A stretch of DNA of 64,000 bases from NCBI GenBank assembly GCA_965261345.1, contig OZ253449.1, positions 1,984,001-2,048,000 of the forward strand, read 5' to 3'. Every line of letters begins with the position of its first letter. Within the stretch, counting starts at the first letter, position 1. The notes below the pieces were generated by a model. The model searched no databases, was not told the origin of the DNA, and worked only from the letters and a program-made list of their open reading frames with translations. This document shows positions 20,117 to 29,195 of this stretch, in pieces. A program made the translations under genes and the position numbers. The DNA comes from Chloroflexota bacterium. GTDB lineage: Bacteria; Chloroflexota; UBA11872; VXNJ01.

Positions 20117-21483
20117 TCGGCCAACCGGCCGGACAGTTTGATCACGTCGCCGGCCCCCAAGACCAGGATCAGATCGCCACGTTTAGCCGCGGCCGCAATC
20201 TGGGTGAAGGCCTGTTCGAAGTCGGCGCAGGCCTCGGCCCGTTCACCTACCGCCTGGGCTAGATCCTTTGCGCTGACGGAATGCTCGCGGTCGCGCCCCG
20301 GGGGCGAATAAATATGGCAGACGGTGACCTTATCGGCTCCGACCAGGGCGCTGGCGAACTGAGCAAACAGGGCGGCGGTGCGTGAGCGCAGGTGCGGCTG
20401 AAAAACCACCCACAATCGCGATGCCGGCGGGTCCAATTCACGGGCGGCGGCGATCGCCGCCGCGATCTCGGTGGGATGGTGGGCGTAGTCGTCAATCAGG
20501 GTGATTCCCCCGGCCCTGGCGGCCAGCGCAAAACGCCGGTCGGTGCCGGAAAACTCAGCCAGCGCCGACAGAGTGGCCGCCGGGTCGATCGCCTGCTCGG
20601 CCAGCGCGGCGGTGGCCGCCAGGGCGTTGAGGGCGTTGTGCTGGCCGGGAACTTGCAGCCGCCCGGTCAGGGTAGTCCCGGCGGGGGTGCGGATGGATAT
20701 TAGTTGGCCAAACCCGCTGGGTCGTCGGTTGATTAGCTGCCAGGTTCCATTCATTCCGAAGCTGACCACCCTGGCCCGGGCGGTTGCGACCGCCTCGGCC
20801 ACCGCGGCGATCTCGGTCCGGGCAATCAACGTGCCCCCGGCCGGCACCGTTGCGGCGAATTGGGCGAACGCGGCCCGCAGCTGTTCCCAGCTGCCGTACA
20901 GGTCAAGATGGTCGATTTCGAGGTGCCCGATGATTGCCGATTGCGGATCGTAGGCCAAAAAGGCACGGGCGTATTCGTCGGCTTCGACCACCGCCAGCGG
21001 TCCGCTTCCCCAGGCTGCATTGCGGGAAAGCTGGGGAACCTGGGCGCCGATTAGGTAAGTCGGCAGGTGCCCGAGGCGGACGAGCGCGAAGCTGGCCATC
21101 GCCGCGGTGGTCGTCTTACCGTGGGTACCGGCAACCGCGATCGTTCTTTTCGCGGCCAGCAGCGAGGCGATGAACTGGGCTCGGTCCAGCAGCAGCAACC
21201 CCCGCTCTCGGGCGGCGACCAGCTCGGGATTGCCGGGACCGATTGCGGCTGAATAGACCAACAACCCGGTTCCATTGACGTTTTCGGCGGCGTGGCCGAT
21301 GCTGACCTTTACTCCCTGGCTGGCCAGCCGGTCGGTATAGGGTGAGGACTCCAGGTCCGAGCCGCTTACGCGCGCATTGCGGTCAAGGGCGATTTGGGCA
21401 ATCGCGCTCATTGCCATTCCGCCGATTCCCACTATGTGAATTGGTGGCGGATTCTGCCAATCGATCGTGGCCAGAGGAGTCAT
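20089..21483 (-). CDS. murC: UDP-N-acetylmuramate--L-alanine ligase
   Basis: GIGGMAMS, GTHGKTTT, EADE, DDYAHHPTEI, FQPH. Confidence 0.95.
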   Translation of the reverse strand: MTPLATIDWQNPPPIHIVGIGGMAMSAIAQIALDRNARVSGSDLESSPYTDRLASQGVKVSIGHAAENVNGTGLLVYSAAIGPGNPELVAARERGLLLLDRAQFIASLLAAKRTIAVAGTHGKTTTAAMASFALVRLGHLPTYLIGAQVPQLSRNAAWGSGPLAVVEADEYARAFLAYDPQSAIIGHLEIDHLDLYGSWEQLRAAFAQFAATVPAGGTLIARTEIAAVAEAVATARARVVSFGMNGTWQLINRRPSGFGQLISIRTPAGTTLTGRLQVPGQHNALNALAATAALAEQAIDPAATLSALAEFSGTDRRFALAARAGGITLIDDYAHHPTEIAAAIAAARELDPPASRLWVVFQPHLRSRTAALFAQFASALVGADKVTVCHIYSPPGRDREHSVSAKDLAQAVGERAEACADFEQAFTQIAAAAKRGDLILVLGAGDVIKLSGRLADWLRTQWAH

Positions 21484-22568
21484 CGGTGCCGTGCCAACAG
21501 TTGCAGTTGCTCGGCGACGGTCTCGGCCGCCCTTGGGATCGCGAGGCGCCCGGCCGCGCTTCCCATGACCGCCAGGCGGCCACGATCGGCGAGCAGCCCG
21601 GCAATCGCCGGCGCCAGCTCGCCAAGGCGGTCTTGGTCCAGGATCTGGGCCGCTCCCGCTTCGGCGAAGGCTAGTGCGTTTTCGGCTTGATGGCCTCCGG
21701 CAAATGTCCCGGGTACCAGGATCGCCGGTGTGGCGGTTGCGGCAAATTCGGCCAGGGCCCCGGCTCCGGCTCGGCTAACGACCAAGTCGGCGGCCGAAAG
21801 CAGGTCGGCATACCAGCGGCCAACGAATGCAAATGGGTGGTAGCGTTGGGCGTGGAGATGGGACAGACCAGCCCGCGCGCTGACCGCCGCGCAATATCCG
21901 GCGGATCCGGTGATGTGGACCAGCTGGATTACATCCAGGATTTCAGACAGCGCCTCGGCCACCGCTTCATTTATGGCGCTGGCACCCTGGCTTCCGCCGA
22001 CCACCAGCAGCAACCGGTCGGTCCGCCCTATGCCCAGCTCCTCCTTGGCCGCCAGCGGATCGGGGTTGAGAAATTGGCCGCGCAACGGCAACCCGCAGAC
22101 GATGGCCGACTTTCCTCCATTGCCATCGCCGCGCCGGGCGACCCGGCCTACGCACGTGGCCAACCCGGTCTGCAGCCGCACCGCCAGCCCGGGCTTTGTA
22201 TCAAGGTCAAGTAGGAACAGCGGCCGGCCGAAGATTCGAGCGGCCAGCGCCCCGGGTATGGATGGATATCCGCCGGTGCTGAGGGCGACCTGCGGATTAA
22301 AGGCGATCACCGCTGGCAACGCCGCCAGCAGCGCCGCTAGGTTGCGGGCCAAATTGAGCGGGATCTTCCAGCCGGGAATGCCCGCGAGCGGCGCAGATGG
22401 CAGCCTGCGGAGGGCGATCCCACTTTCGACAAAGAGCCGATCGGCAGGGCGACGGCCGGCCAAGGCCAGGATTTCCAAGCCCGGATTGCTCGCGCGCAGC
22501 CGCTCGATAACCGCCAGGGCCGGCATTACGTGGCCGGCGGTACCGCCGGCGCACACCAGCAGCCGCAT
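21480..22568 (-). CDS. murG: Lipid I N-acetylglucosaminyltransferase
   Basis: GGTAGH, TGGY, GGSQGA, SRAGA, HQAENA. Confidence 0.95.
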   Translation of the reverse strand: MRLLVCAGGTAGHVMPALAVIERLRASNPGLEILALAGRRPADRLFVESGIALRRLPSAPLAGIPGWKIPLNLARNLAALLAALPAVIAFNPQVALSTGGYPSIPGALAARIFGRPLFLLDLDTKPGLAVRLQTGLATCVGRVARRGDGNGGKSAIVCGLPLRGQFLNPDPLAAKEELGIGRTDRLLLVVGGSQGASAINEAVAEALSEILDVIQLVHITGSAGYCAAVSARAGLSHLHAQRYHPFAFVGRWYADLLSAADLVVSRAGAGALAEFAATATPAILVPGTFAGGHQAENALAFAEAGAAQILDQDRLGELAPAIAGLLADRGRLAVMGSAAGRLAIPRAAETVAEQLQLLARHR

Positions 22569-23716
22569 TAGATTTCACGCAGGCGGGTGCTGCGGGCAAC
22601 GTTGAGCAAGATCCCCAGCATCACCATCGTAAAAATATGTGAGGTGCCTCCGGCCGATATGAGCGGCAACGGCAGCCCGGTTACCGGGGCCAAACCGGTA
22701 TTTACCAACATGTTCAGCAGCGCCTGGGCCACAATCGATGTCGTAATCCCGGCCGCCAAGGCTGAACCCAGGAGGTCTGGAGCCCGCGCCGCGTGATATA
22801 GCCCGCGAAAGAGCAGCAGCACGAAAGCGGCCAGTACCCCGCCGGTTCCAATCAGCCCCAATTCCTCGCCAATTACGGCAAAAATCGAATCCGAGGTGGA
22901 GACCGGCAGGTACAGGTACTTGATCGTGCCCATGCCGATGCCCTTGCCGGTCAGTCCGCCCGATCCCAGCGCCAGCGCAGACTGCTGGACCTGATAGTTG
23001 GCGCCGGCCAGTCCGGCTTCCGGATTTAGGAATGCGGCAATCCGTGCGAGTTGGTAATCCAGGTCGCGAAAGATGAAGATGATTGCCACCACCACCACCA
23101 CCACCAGGGTTGCCAGGGCGATGTAGCGCACCGGCACACCGGCGCTAAAGCTCACCGCCAGGGCGGCGACCACCATCATTAGGGCGGTCGAAAGGTCCGG
23201 CTGGATCATCACCAACAGAATCGGCAGGCCGGCCACGGTTCCGCCTAGAAGACAAACCCTAAAGTTTGCCAACTGGTCGCGGTTGGCAAACAGGAAGGAA
23301 CTGAGCGCTGCGATCAGGGTCACCTTCGCCAATTCCGACGGCTGGAAGGTGAGGCCGCCGAACTCAAACCAGCGGGCCGAAAAAGTGTCGGTTAATAGGC
23401 CGAAGGCCAACACCGCCAGAAGGCCGCAGAGGGTTAGCGCGAAGAGGCCCTGCCAGTGTTTGACGATCAGATGGTAGTCAATCAGGGAAACCGTCAATAG
23501 GGTCGCGTAGCCTGCCAGTACGATTCCCAGCTGCTTTACGATCGCCGAATTGATCAACCCGGATTCGGGCGGTGTGAACGGCATATTGGCGCTGGCAATC
23601 ATGACCATCCCGACCAGGGGTATGACGACCGCCAGGGCCAGGATCCAGAAATCATTGGCCGGCCAGGTCAATTCTTCCCACGGCAGGACCCTGGATGGCC
23701 GAAGCGAGTCATTCAT
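22568..23716 (-). CDS. ftsW: SEDS peptidoglycan polymerase FtsW
   Basis: FQPSELAK, QPDL, GSGGLTGKG, DSIFAVIGEELG, TGLPLPLISAGG. Confidence 0.93.
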   Translation of the reverse strand: MNDSLRPSRVLPWEELTWPANDFWILALAVVIPLVGMVMIASANMPFTPPESGLINSAIVKQLGIVLAGYATLLTVSLIDYHLIVKHWQGLFALTLCGLLAVLAFGLLTDTFSARWFEFGGLTFQPSELAKVTLIAALSSFLFANRDQLANFRVCLLGGTVAGLPILLVMIQPDLSTALMMVVAALAVSFSAGVPVRYIALATLVVVVVVAIIFIFRDLDYQLARIAAFLNPEAGLAGANYQVQQSALALGSGGLTGKGIGMGTIKYLYLPVSTSDSIFAVIGEELGLIGTGGVLAAFVLLLFRGLYHAARAPDLLGSALAAGITTSIVAQALLNMLVNTGLAPVTGLPLPLISAGGTSHIFTMVMLGILLNVARSTRLREI

Positions 23717-23718
23717 CG

Positions 23719-25458
23719 TTATTCGGCCTTGGCCGGGATTCCCAGGAGGGGAAACACCGTTTCGACAACCTCATTGAAAACGGGCGAGGCCACCTCATAG
23801 GCCCAGCGACCCTGGCCTGGGGCGTCTATTTTTACGACTACCAGAGCTTGTGGCGCCCGCATCGGTCCGAAGCCGACATAGCTGGGGATGGTCGTGTCCG
23901 TGGAGTAACCGGAACTGATCGGCACCTCGGTTGTGGCGGTCTTGCCAACCGTGTCATAGCGTAACGAGACCGCCGGATTTCCTGCTATCGAGCGTTCGGC
24001 ACTGTACATCATCGCAACCAGGCGGGCCGCGGTCGAAGGTTGAATGGCCTGCCTTAGAACCTCCGGTCGGGTGAATTCGACTAAACCGTCGGGTTCAATT
24101 ACCGCGCGCACCGCCCGCGGCCTGAGCAGTTTGCCGCCGTTGGCAATCGCCGACATGGCCATCGCCACTTGGATAGGCGTAATGGCCAGGCCCTGACCGA
24201 AGGAATTGGCGGCTAGATCGCCCTTGTACCAGCCCGATTGGCCGACCATCCGAACGATTCCACCAACTTCGCCAGCCAAGTCCACACCGGAGGGCCGTCC
24301 GATGCCAAATGCCCGCAGATATTCATAGAAGCGCTCCGGGCCAAGCTGATTGGCAACCCACACCGCCCCGGTATTGGAGGAGTGGCGCAGTACCGAGGTC
24401 ATGTCCTGGTTGGGGTAGGTCTTCCCGTCCCAGTTAGAGATTTCGAGCCCGCCATATATGATCTGGCCCGGAAAATCGTGCTTGGTCGTGGGTTCAATCA
24501 CTCCGGCATCTAGGGCCGCCGCCATAGTGATCAGCTTGAACGTTGATCCGGGTTCCCAAACCAGCTGGACCGCACTATTGAGAAACTGCGGACCAATTTC
24601 GGTGTAGTCGGACAACCGGTCGGGGTCGAAATCCGGTCGGTTGGCCATCGCCAGGATTGAACCGTTGCGGGGGTCAACGATGAGGATGCTGCCGCTGTTG
24701 GACTGATACTGCTCAAGGGCCGCCCGCAGGATCGCTTCGGTCTTTAACTGGATTCGGCGATCAATCGTCAGTTGGACCGCCGCCCCGGCCTGGGATACGC
24801 TAACGATCGACCGGCCGACCGGGATCGGCCGTCCCAGCGGGTCCCGGTCGGCGATCACCCGCCCGGGCCGGCCGCGCAGGCGCTCGTCGTAATAGGATTC
24901 GATTCCGGCTCGACCGGTGTTTTGCCCGTCCACAAAGCCCAGAATGTGCGATGCCAGGTGACGCGAAGGGTAGCGCCGGCGCTGCTGGCTCTCGATTTGA
25001 AGGCCGCCGCCGCGACCGTTTTGAATGTCCTCCCGCAGAGGGGCCAGGAGCTCCGGATCCAAGTCGCTGGCCAGCACTGAATAGAGCGATTCGCGATCGG
25101 GCATGGCTCGTTCCAGGCCGGCGCGTGGGATACCGGTGCGCTCGGCAACCAGGTCCAGACTGGCCCGCAGGTCCGCGTCATGCAGTACGCCGGGTGAGGC
25201 GATCACGCGCTCGGTCAGGTAGGAGGTTGCCATCAATTGGCCGCGGGTGTCGAGAATGTCGCCCCGCCGCGCCGCCAGGACACTGTCGGCCCGCAACTGC
25301 AGCCGAGCGTCGGCCGCGTGGCGATTCTTGTCAAGGACCTGAATCCTGACCAGGGCTGAGGTTACCGCCCCGGCGAGGAGTAGGTTGGCGCCGCCCAGGA
25401 GCAGCAAGCGGCGTGAAAGCCAGGGGGCGGGACCGCGCTCGGGCGGGCTTTCATTCAC
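23719..25458 (-). CDS. ftsI: Class B penicillin-binding protein FtsI
   Basis: RGDILD, RRYP, EPGSTFK (SxxK), SSN, GKTAT. Confidence 0.92.
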   Translation of the reverse strand: MNESPPERGPAPWLSRRLLLLGGANLLLAGAVTSALVRIQVLDKNRHAADARLQLRADSVLAARRGDILDTRGQLMATSYLTERVIASPGVLHDADLRASLDLVAERTGIPRAGLERAMPDRESLYSVLASDLDPELLAPLREDIQNGRGGGLQIESQQRRRYPSRHLASHILGFVDGQNTGRAGIESYYDERLRGRPGRVIADRDPLGRPIPVGRSIVSVSQAGAAVQLTIDRRIQLKTEAILRAALEQYQSNSGSILIVDPRNGSILAMANRPDFDPDRLSDYTEIGPQFLNSAVQLVWEPGSTFKLITMAAALDAGVIEPTTKHDFPGQIIYGGLEISNWDGKTYPNQDMTSVLRHSSNTGAVWVANQLGPERFYEYLRAFGIGRPSGVDLAGEVGGIVRMVGQSGWYKGDLAANSFGQGLAITPIQVAMAMSAIANGGKLLRPRAVRAVIEPDGLVEFTRPEVLRQAIQPSTAARLVAMMYSAERSIAGNPAVSLRYDTVGKTATTEVPISSGYSTDTTIPSYVGFGPMRAPQALVVVKIDAPGQGRWAYEVASPVFNEVVETVFPLLGIPAKAE

Positions 25459-25951
25459 CCAACGCGCTCCGAAAGGCCGAATTTAGGAACTGGCCGGCCG
25501 ACTGCCAAATTCGTTGATGCCACTTGGTAAGGGTTGGCGGGGCCGGGTCCCGCCATTCAGGGTCTGAAAAACCAACCGGCGGCGGATTGGCGATGACCGT
25601 CACTGATTCGGCAGCCGGTTCAACCATTCCCAATTCGAGCGCCCGCTGCTCAATCTCGATTAGATTGGAGGCGGTCGCGGCCTTGGTGGTCAGCCCCAAC
25701 TGGACGCCCTGGGCGCGCGTCAGATCGCGTTCCAGCTCGTCCACGGTGGCGATTCGCTGGGCCTGCAATTGGATCTGCAGGACCAGAAACATCGCCAACA
25801 GAAATGTTGCCAGAAGACCAGCCAGGAACGCCGGTCCGGGTCCCAGCCGCAGCCCGGTGGCGCGAATTTTGCCCAATAAGACGGCGAGGCGACGGGTTCG
25901 GACCGAACCCGTCGGTCCGGCGATGCGGGCTCCGAAATGGACGACAACCAT
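25451..25951 (-). CDS. FtsL-like cell division protein
   Basis: TM plus coiled coil plus IEQRALELGM; lies between rsmH and ftsI. Confidence 0.7.
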   Translation of the reverse strand: MVVVHFGARIAGPTGSVRTRRLAVLLGKIRATGLRLGPGPAFLAGLLATFLLAMFLVLQIQLQAQRIATVDELERDLTRAQGVQLGLTTKAATASNLIEIEQRALELGMVEPAAESVTVIANPPPVGFSDPEWRDPAPPTLTKWHQRIWQSAGQFLNSAFRSALGE

Positions 25952-25958
25952 GGTTTTA

Positions 25959-26849
25959 CTAGATCACAACTGCGCAGCGCAATCGGGCGCTGCGGGCACG
26001 CCGATTGATCGCAACTTCAGCGTCGGTGGGGCGGAGCGGTTTTGGGGTCGCGATTGCCAAGCGCCCGGCCAATTTGGCTTGGCGAAAAGCCAGTTTGACC
26101 AACCGGTCCTCGGCGCTGTGAAAGGAGATCATCACAATCCGGGCGCCGCTTCCGCACAGCCGTTCGATCGCCGCCAGAAATCTTTCCAGGTTGCCCAACT
26201 CGTCATTGACCGCGATCCGGAGAGCCTGAAACGTGCGAGTGGCGGGATGGATTCGACCGCGCTGCCGGACCGCGGCCCGGGTTACCAGCCCGACCAGGGC
26301 GCTGGTTGTTGTTATCGGAGCGGCAGAGCGGGCCTGGGCTATCGCGCGGGCGATTCGCCGACTATTGCGCTCGTCGCCGTAACGAAACAGCAGGTCGGCC
26401 AATTCGATCTGCGGCAGTTCGTTAACCAGGTCGGCTGCAGTGGGCCCACGGTCGGGGTCAATTCGCATGTCCAGCGGGCCGGGTGCGGCAAACGAGAATC
26501 CACGTTCAGGGTCCGCGATCTGGTCGGACGAGATCCCCAGATCGGCAAGCACGCCATCGACGCGACCGAATCCCGCGGCTCGGGCAACCTCGACTACCTG
26601 GGCAAAATTGGAGCGGCGCAAGACCGCCCGTGGGCCGAATTGGGCCAGCCGGTCAGCGGCCCGGGCGATCGCCGAGGGGTCGGCGTCAAGACCCAGCAGA
26701 CGTCCGTGCGGGCGATTGCGTTGGAGGATCAGGGCGGAGTGGCCACCACCACCTACGGTTGCGTCGAGAAAATCGGCATTGGGAGTTGGGCTCAACTGCA
26801 CGAGCGTCTGGCGGGGCATCACCGGCTGGTGGGAGTATGGAATCGTCAC
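25959..26849 (-). CDS. rsmH: 16S rRNA m4C1402 methyltransferase
   Basis: HQPVM, DATVGGGGH, DLGISS, PLDMR, FQALRIAVN, SFHSAED. Confidence 0.95.
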   Translation of the reverse strand: MTIPYSHQPVMPRQTLVQLSPTPNADFLDATVGGGGHSALILQRNRPHGRLLGLDADPSAIARAADRLAQFGPRAVLRRSNFAQVVEVARAAGFGRVDGVLADLGISSDQIADPERGFSFAAPGPLDMRIDPDRGPTAADLVNELPQIELADLLFRYGDERNSRRIARAIAQARSAAPITTTSALVGLVTRAAVRQRGRIHPATRTFQALRIAVNDELGNLERFLAAIERLCGSGARIVMISFHSAEDRLVKLAFRQAKLAGRLAIATPKPLRPTDAEVAINRRARSARLRCAVVI

Positions 26850-26911
26850 CCGCACCGTCCGATTGGTAAGTGTGAGGCGGAGGGGAGGCGCTCCACCCCA
26901 CACTAGTACCC

Positions 26912-27355
26912 TTAAGTTGTTGGGCCGCGCTCAGCGGCGGCTCGGAACGTGTCGGCAATCGTTGCCGGGAGATCGGCTTGCAGGGCTGCCCATTGCTGGG
27001 CGCACCAGATTTCAACCCGTTCTCCGGCCCCTACCACGGCCACGTCCTTGGCAATACCGACCATTTCACGCAGGGGCGCGGGTATTGAGATGCGGCCCTG
27101 CTTGTCAAATTCGAGCGGAGCGGCATTGGCAAACAGCGCGCGGCGGGCATTGCGGCCCTCGCGGCGAAATTCATCCAGATTGGCAACCCGTTCGGCCTTG
27201 ACCGACCAAGCGGCGGTCGGCATTAGTTCCAAGCAGGAATCGATACCTCGGGTGATCATGCCGCCAGCGCTAAAGCCTTCGCGAAAACGTCTCGGCACGG
27301 TCAATCGCCCCTTGGGGTCGAGCGAGTGCATGTACGTGCCCATAAAACAGCTCAT
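26912..27355 (-). CDS. mraZ: Transcriptional regulator MraZ
   Basis: FMGTYMHSLDPKGR, DKQGRI, RVEIW. Confidence 0.95.
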   Translation of the reverse strand: MSCFMGTYMHSLDPKGRLTVPRRFREGFSAGGMITRGIDSCLELMPTAAWSVKAERVANLDEFRREGRNARRALFANAAPLEFDKQGRISIPAPLREMVGIAKDVAVVGAGERVEIWCAQQWAALQADLPATIADTFRAAAERGPTT

Positions 27356-27402
27356 AGGCGTGCTGTACTCGCTCACTTCATCCTGATTGCAAGCAAAGTC
27401 TA

Positions 27403-27427
27403 CCACTTTGCCCCACTTCACACCACT
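27403..27427 (-). promoter_or_regulatory. MraZ-binding repeats (3x AGTGG at 10-bp spacing)
   Basis: Minus strand AGTGGtgtga AGTGGggcaa AGTGG about 50 bp upstream of mraZ; matches the known GTGG-N6 operator pattern. Confidence 0.85.
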
Positions 27428-27493
27428 AATTGCCTCTCGCAATGCGATTCGGCCCATTTCTGATCCAATACCAGTCGGACGGATCTGCGGCGG

Positions 27494-27515
27494 GATCGCT
27501 TCTCGGGAAGCGATC
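27494..27515. terminator. Stem-loop downstream of the RNase HI gene
   Basis: GATCGCTTC-tcgg-GAAGCGATC 9-bp perfect stem, no U tract. Confidence 0.45.
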
Positions 27516-27537
27516 TGCGCCGATCTAGCCGGGTCGG

Positions 27538-27984
27538 CTAGCGCTGGTGCTCATCAATCGCGGCGTTGGCCAGGCCGTCGGCCAGCTGGTTGCTACCGCG
27601 CCGCACGTGGACGAATTCAAGCCGTTCAAATTCCTGGCCAAGCTCAATGGCGGCCGACGCCAGCTCGCGTAAATTGGGGTGCTTGATCTTGTACCGACCG
27701 TTTAGCTGGCGAACCACCAACTCCGAATCGAGCCGACAACAGACGCGCCGCAGCCGCAGTTGGCGGGCCAGCTGCAGCCCCAGCAGCAGGGCCCGATATT
27801 CGGCGTCGTTGTTGGTGGCGCGACCCAGGTAGACCCGGGCCCGACCCAGTTCGGCGCCATCGCCGGTCACGACCACCGCCCCGGCCGCAGCCGGCCCTGG
27901 GTTACCGCGTGAAGCCCCGTCGGTATAGACGAAACCGTCAAAATCAGTTGGGAAGGCCAACCTATGCAAAGTCCCAAAACGCAT
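27538..27984 (-). CDS. rnhA: Ribonuclease HI family protein
   Basis: YTDGASRGNPG, TNNDAEY, LDSELVVRQ, NQLADGLAN. Confidence 0.9.
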   Translation of the reverse strand: MRFGTLHRLAFPTDFDGFVYTDGASRGNPGPAAAGAVVVTGDGAELGRARVYLGRATNNDAEYRALLLGLQLARQLRLRRVCCRLDSELVVRQLNGRYKIKHPNLRELASAAIELGQEFERLEFVHVRRGSNQLADGLANAAIDEHQR

Positions 27985-28037
27985 TCGTACCGGTGGCCGT
28001 CAATTATGATGATTTGTGCCATCTCACTGGAGGGTAT

Positions 28038-29159
28038 GTGGCCCAAGCTCCCGATGGTCTAAGAGACGTAATCGCCGGCTCTTCGACGATCTGCTTCCTC
28101 GATGGACAGCTGGGAATCCTGCGGTACCGTGGCTATCCGATCGAGCAACTGGCGGCCCACTCGAACTTCGAGGAAGTGGCCCACCTGCTCTGGAAGGGGG
28201 AGCTGCCGAACGGCGACCAGCTTGCCTCGCTGACCCGGCGGTTGGCAGCGACTAGGATCCCGGCGCCGATCTGGGAAATCATCCGGCGCCTCGGCCCGGT
28301 TGAAATCATCGATGTACTGCGGACGGGGATTTCGGCGCTGGCCGGCTACGACCCCGAAGGCGGGGAAATTGACCCGCCGGCGCTGCGGCAACAGTCCGAG
28401 CGCCTGACCGCGCAGGCGGCGGCGATCGTCGCCGGAGCCTGGCGCATCAAGTGCGGCCAAGACCCGATCGAGCCCGATCCCGAACTGGGGTTTGCCGCCA
28501 ATTTCCTCTACCAGCTGCTCGGCCGCCCGGCCAGCCCGGTGGCCGCGCAAAGTCTCGACATCGCCCTGATCCTGCACGCTGAGCACGAGCTCAACGCGTC
28601 GACTTTTGCGGGGCGGGTGATAGTCGCCACGCTCACCGATCTGCACTCAGCCATCACCGGTGCGATCGGCGCCCTCAAGGGCCCGCTGCATGGCGGGGCC
28701 AATGCCGCCGCGCTGCGCATGCTCAGGGATATCGGGCCCAAACAAAATGCCGAAAAAGATATCCTGCGGAGGTTGGCCAATCGCGAGCGGGTAATGGGTT
28801 TTGGGCACGCCGTCTACCGCACCGCCGACCCACGGGCCGGTGTTTTGAAGGCGATGTCGAAGGCGCTCGGTCAGGATGTTGGCGATTCGACGCTCTACGA
28901 AACTTCCGCGGTGATCGAAAAGGTCATGCTGCGGGAGAAGAACCTCAACGCCAACGTTGACTTCTATTCGGCCAGCGTGTACCACAACCTGGGAATTCCG
29001 ACCGAGCTGTTCACGCCGATCTTTGCGATTTCGCGGATGACCGGCTGGACCGCCCATGTTATCGAACAGGTCGAAAACAACCGGATCATCCGGCCGCGTC
29101 TGGAATACGTGGGCGAGCCCGAGCGCCCATACCCGGTAGAGGGACAGCCGACCGAATAG
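28038..29159 (+). CDS. Citrate synthase / 2-methylcitrate synthase
   Basis: LRYRGY, HAEHELNAST, GPLHGGAN, MGFGHAVY, NVDFYS; GTG 28038 with GGAGGG RBS. Confidence 0.93.
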   Translation: MAQAPDGLRDVIAGSSTICFLDGQLGILRYRGYPIEQLAAHSNFEEVAHLLWKGELPNGDQLASLTRRLAATRIPAPIWEIIRRLGPVEIIDVLRTGISALAGYDPEGGEIDPPALRQQSERLTAQAAAIVAGAWRIKCGQDPIEPDPELGFAANFLYQLLGRPASPVAAQSLDIALILHAEHELNASTFAGRVIVATLTDLHSAITGAIGALKGPLHGGANAAALRMLRDIGPKQNAEKDILRRLANRERVMGFGHAVYRTADPRAGVLKAMSKALGQDVGDSTLYETSAVIEKVMLREKNLNANVDFYSASVYHNLGIPTELFTPIFAISRMTGWTAHVIEQVENNRIIRPRLEYVGEPERPYPVEGQPTE

Positions 29160-29195
29160 CCTTCGCCGGTTCCCGCCCGGCGCGAGCGATGCCGA

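Noticed and set aside
23087-23106. (ACC)n repeat in ftsW as a phase-variable tract
   Set aside because: In-frame triplet encoding a poly-Val TM segment.
25524-26906. 460-aa plus-strand ORF (also 40990-42042 and 7768-8655)
   Set aside because: Antisense shadows of well-supported genes in GC-rich DNA, with no motifs.
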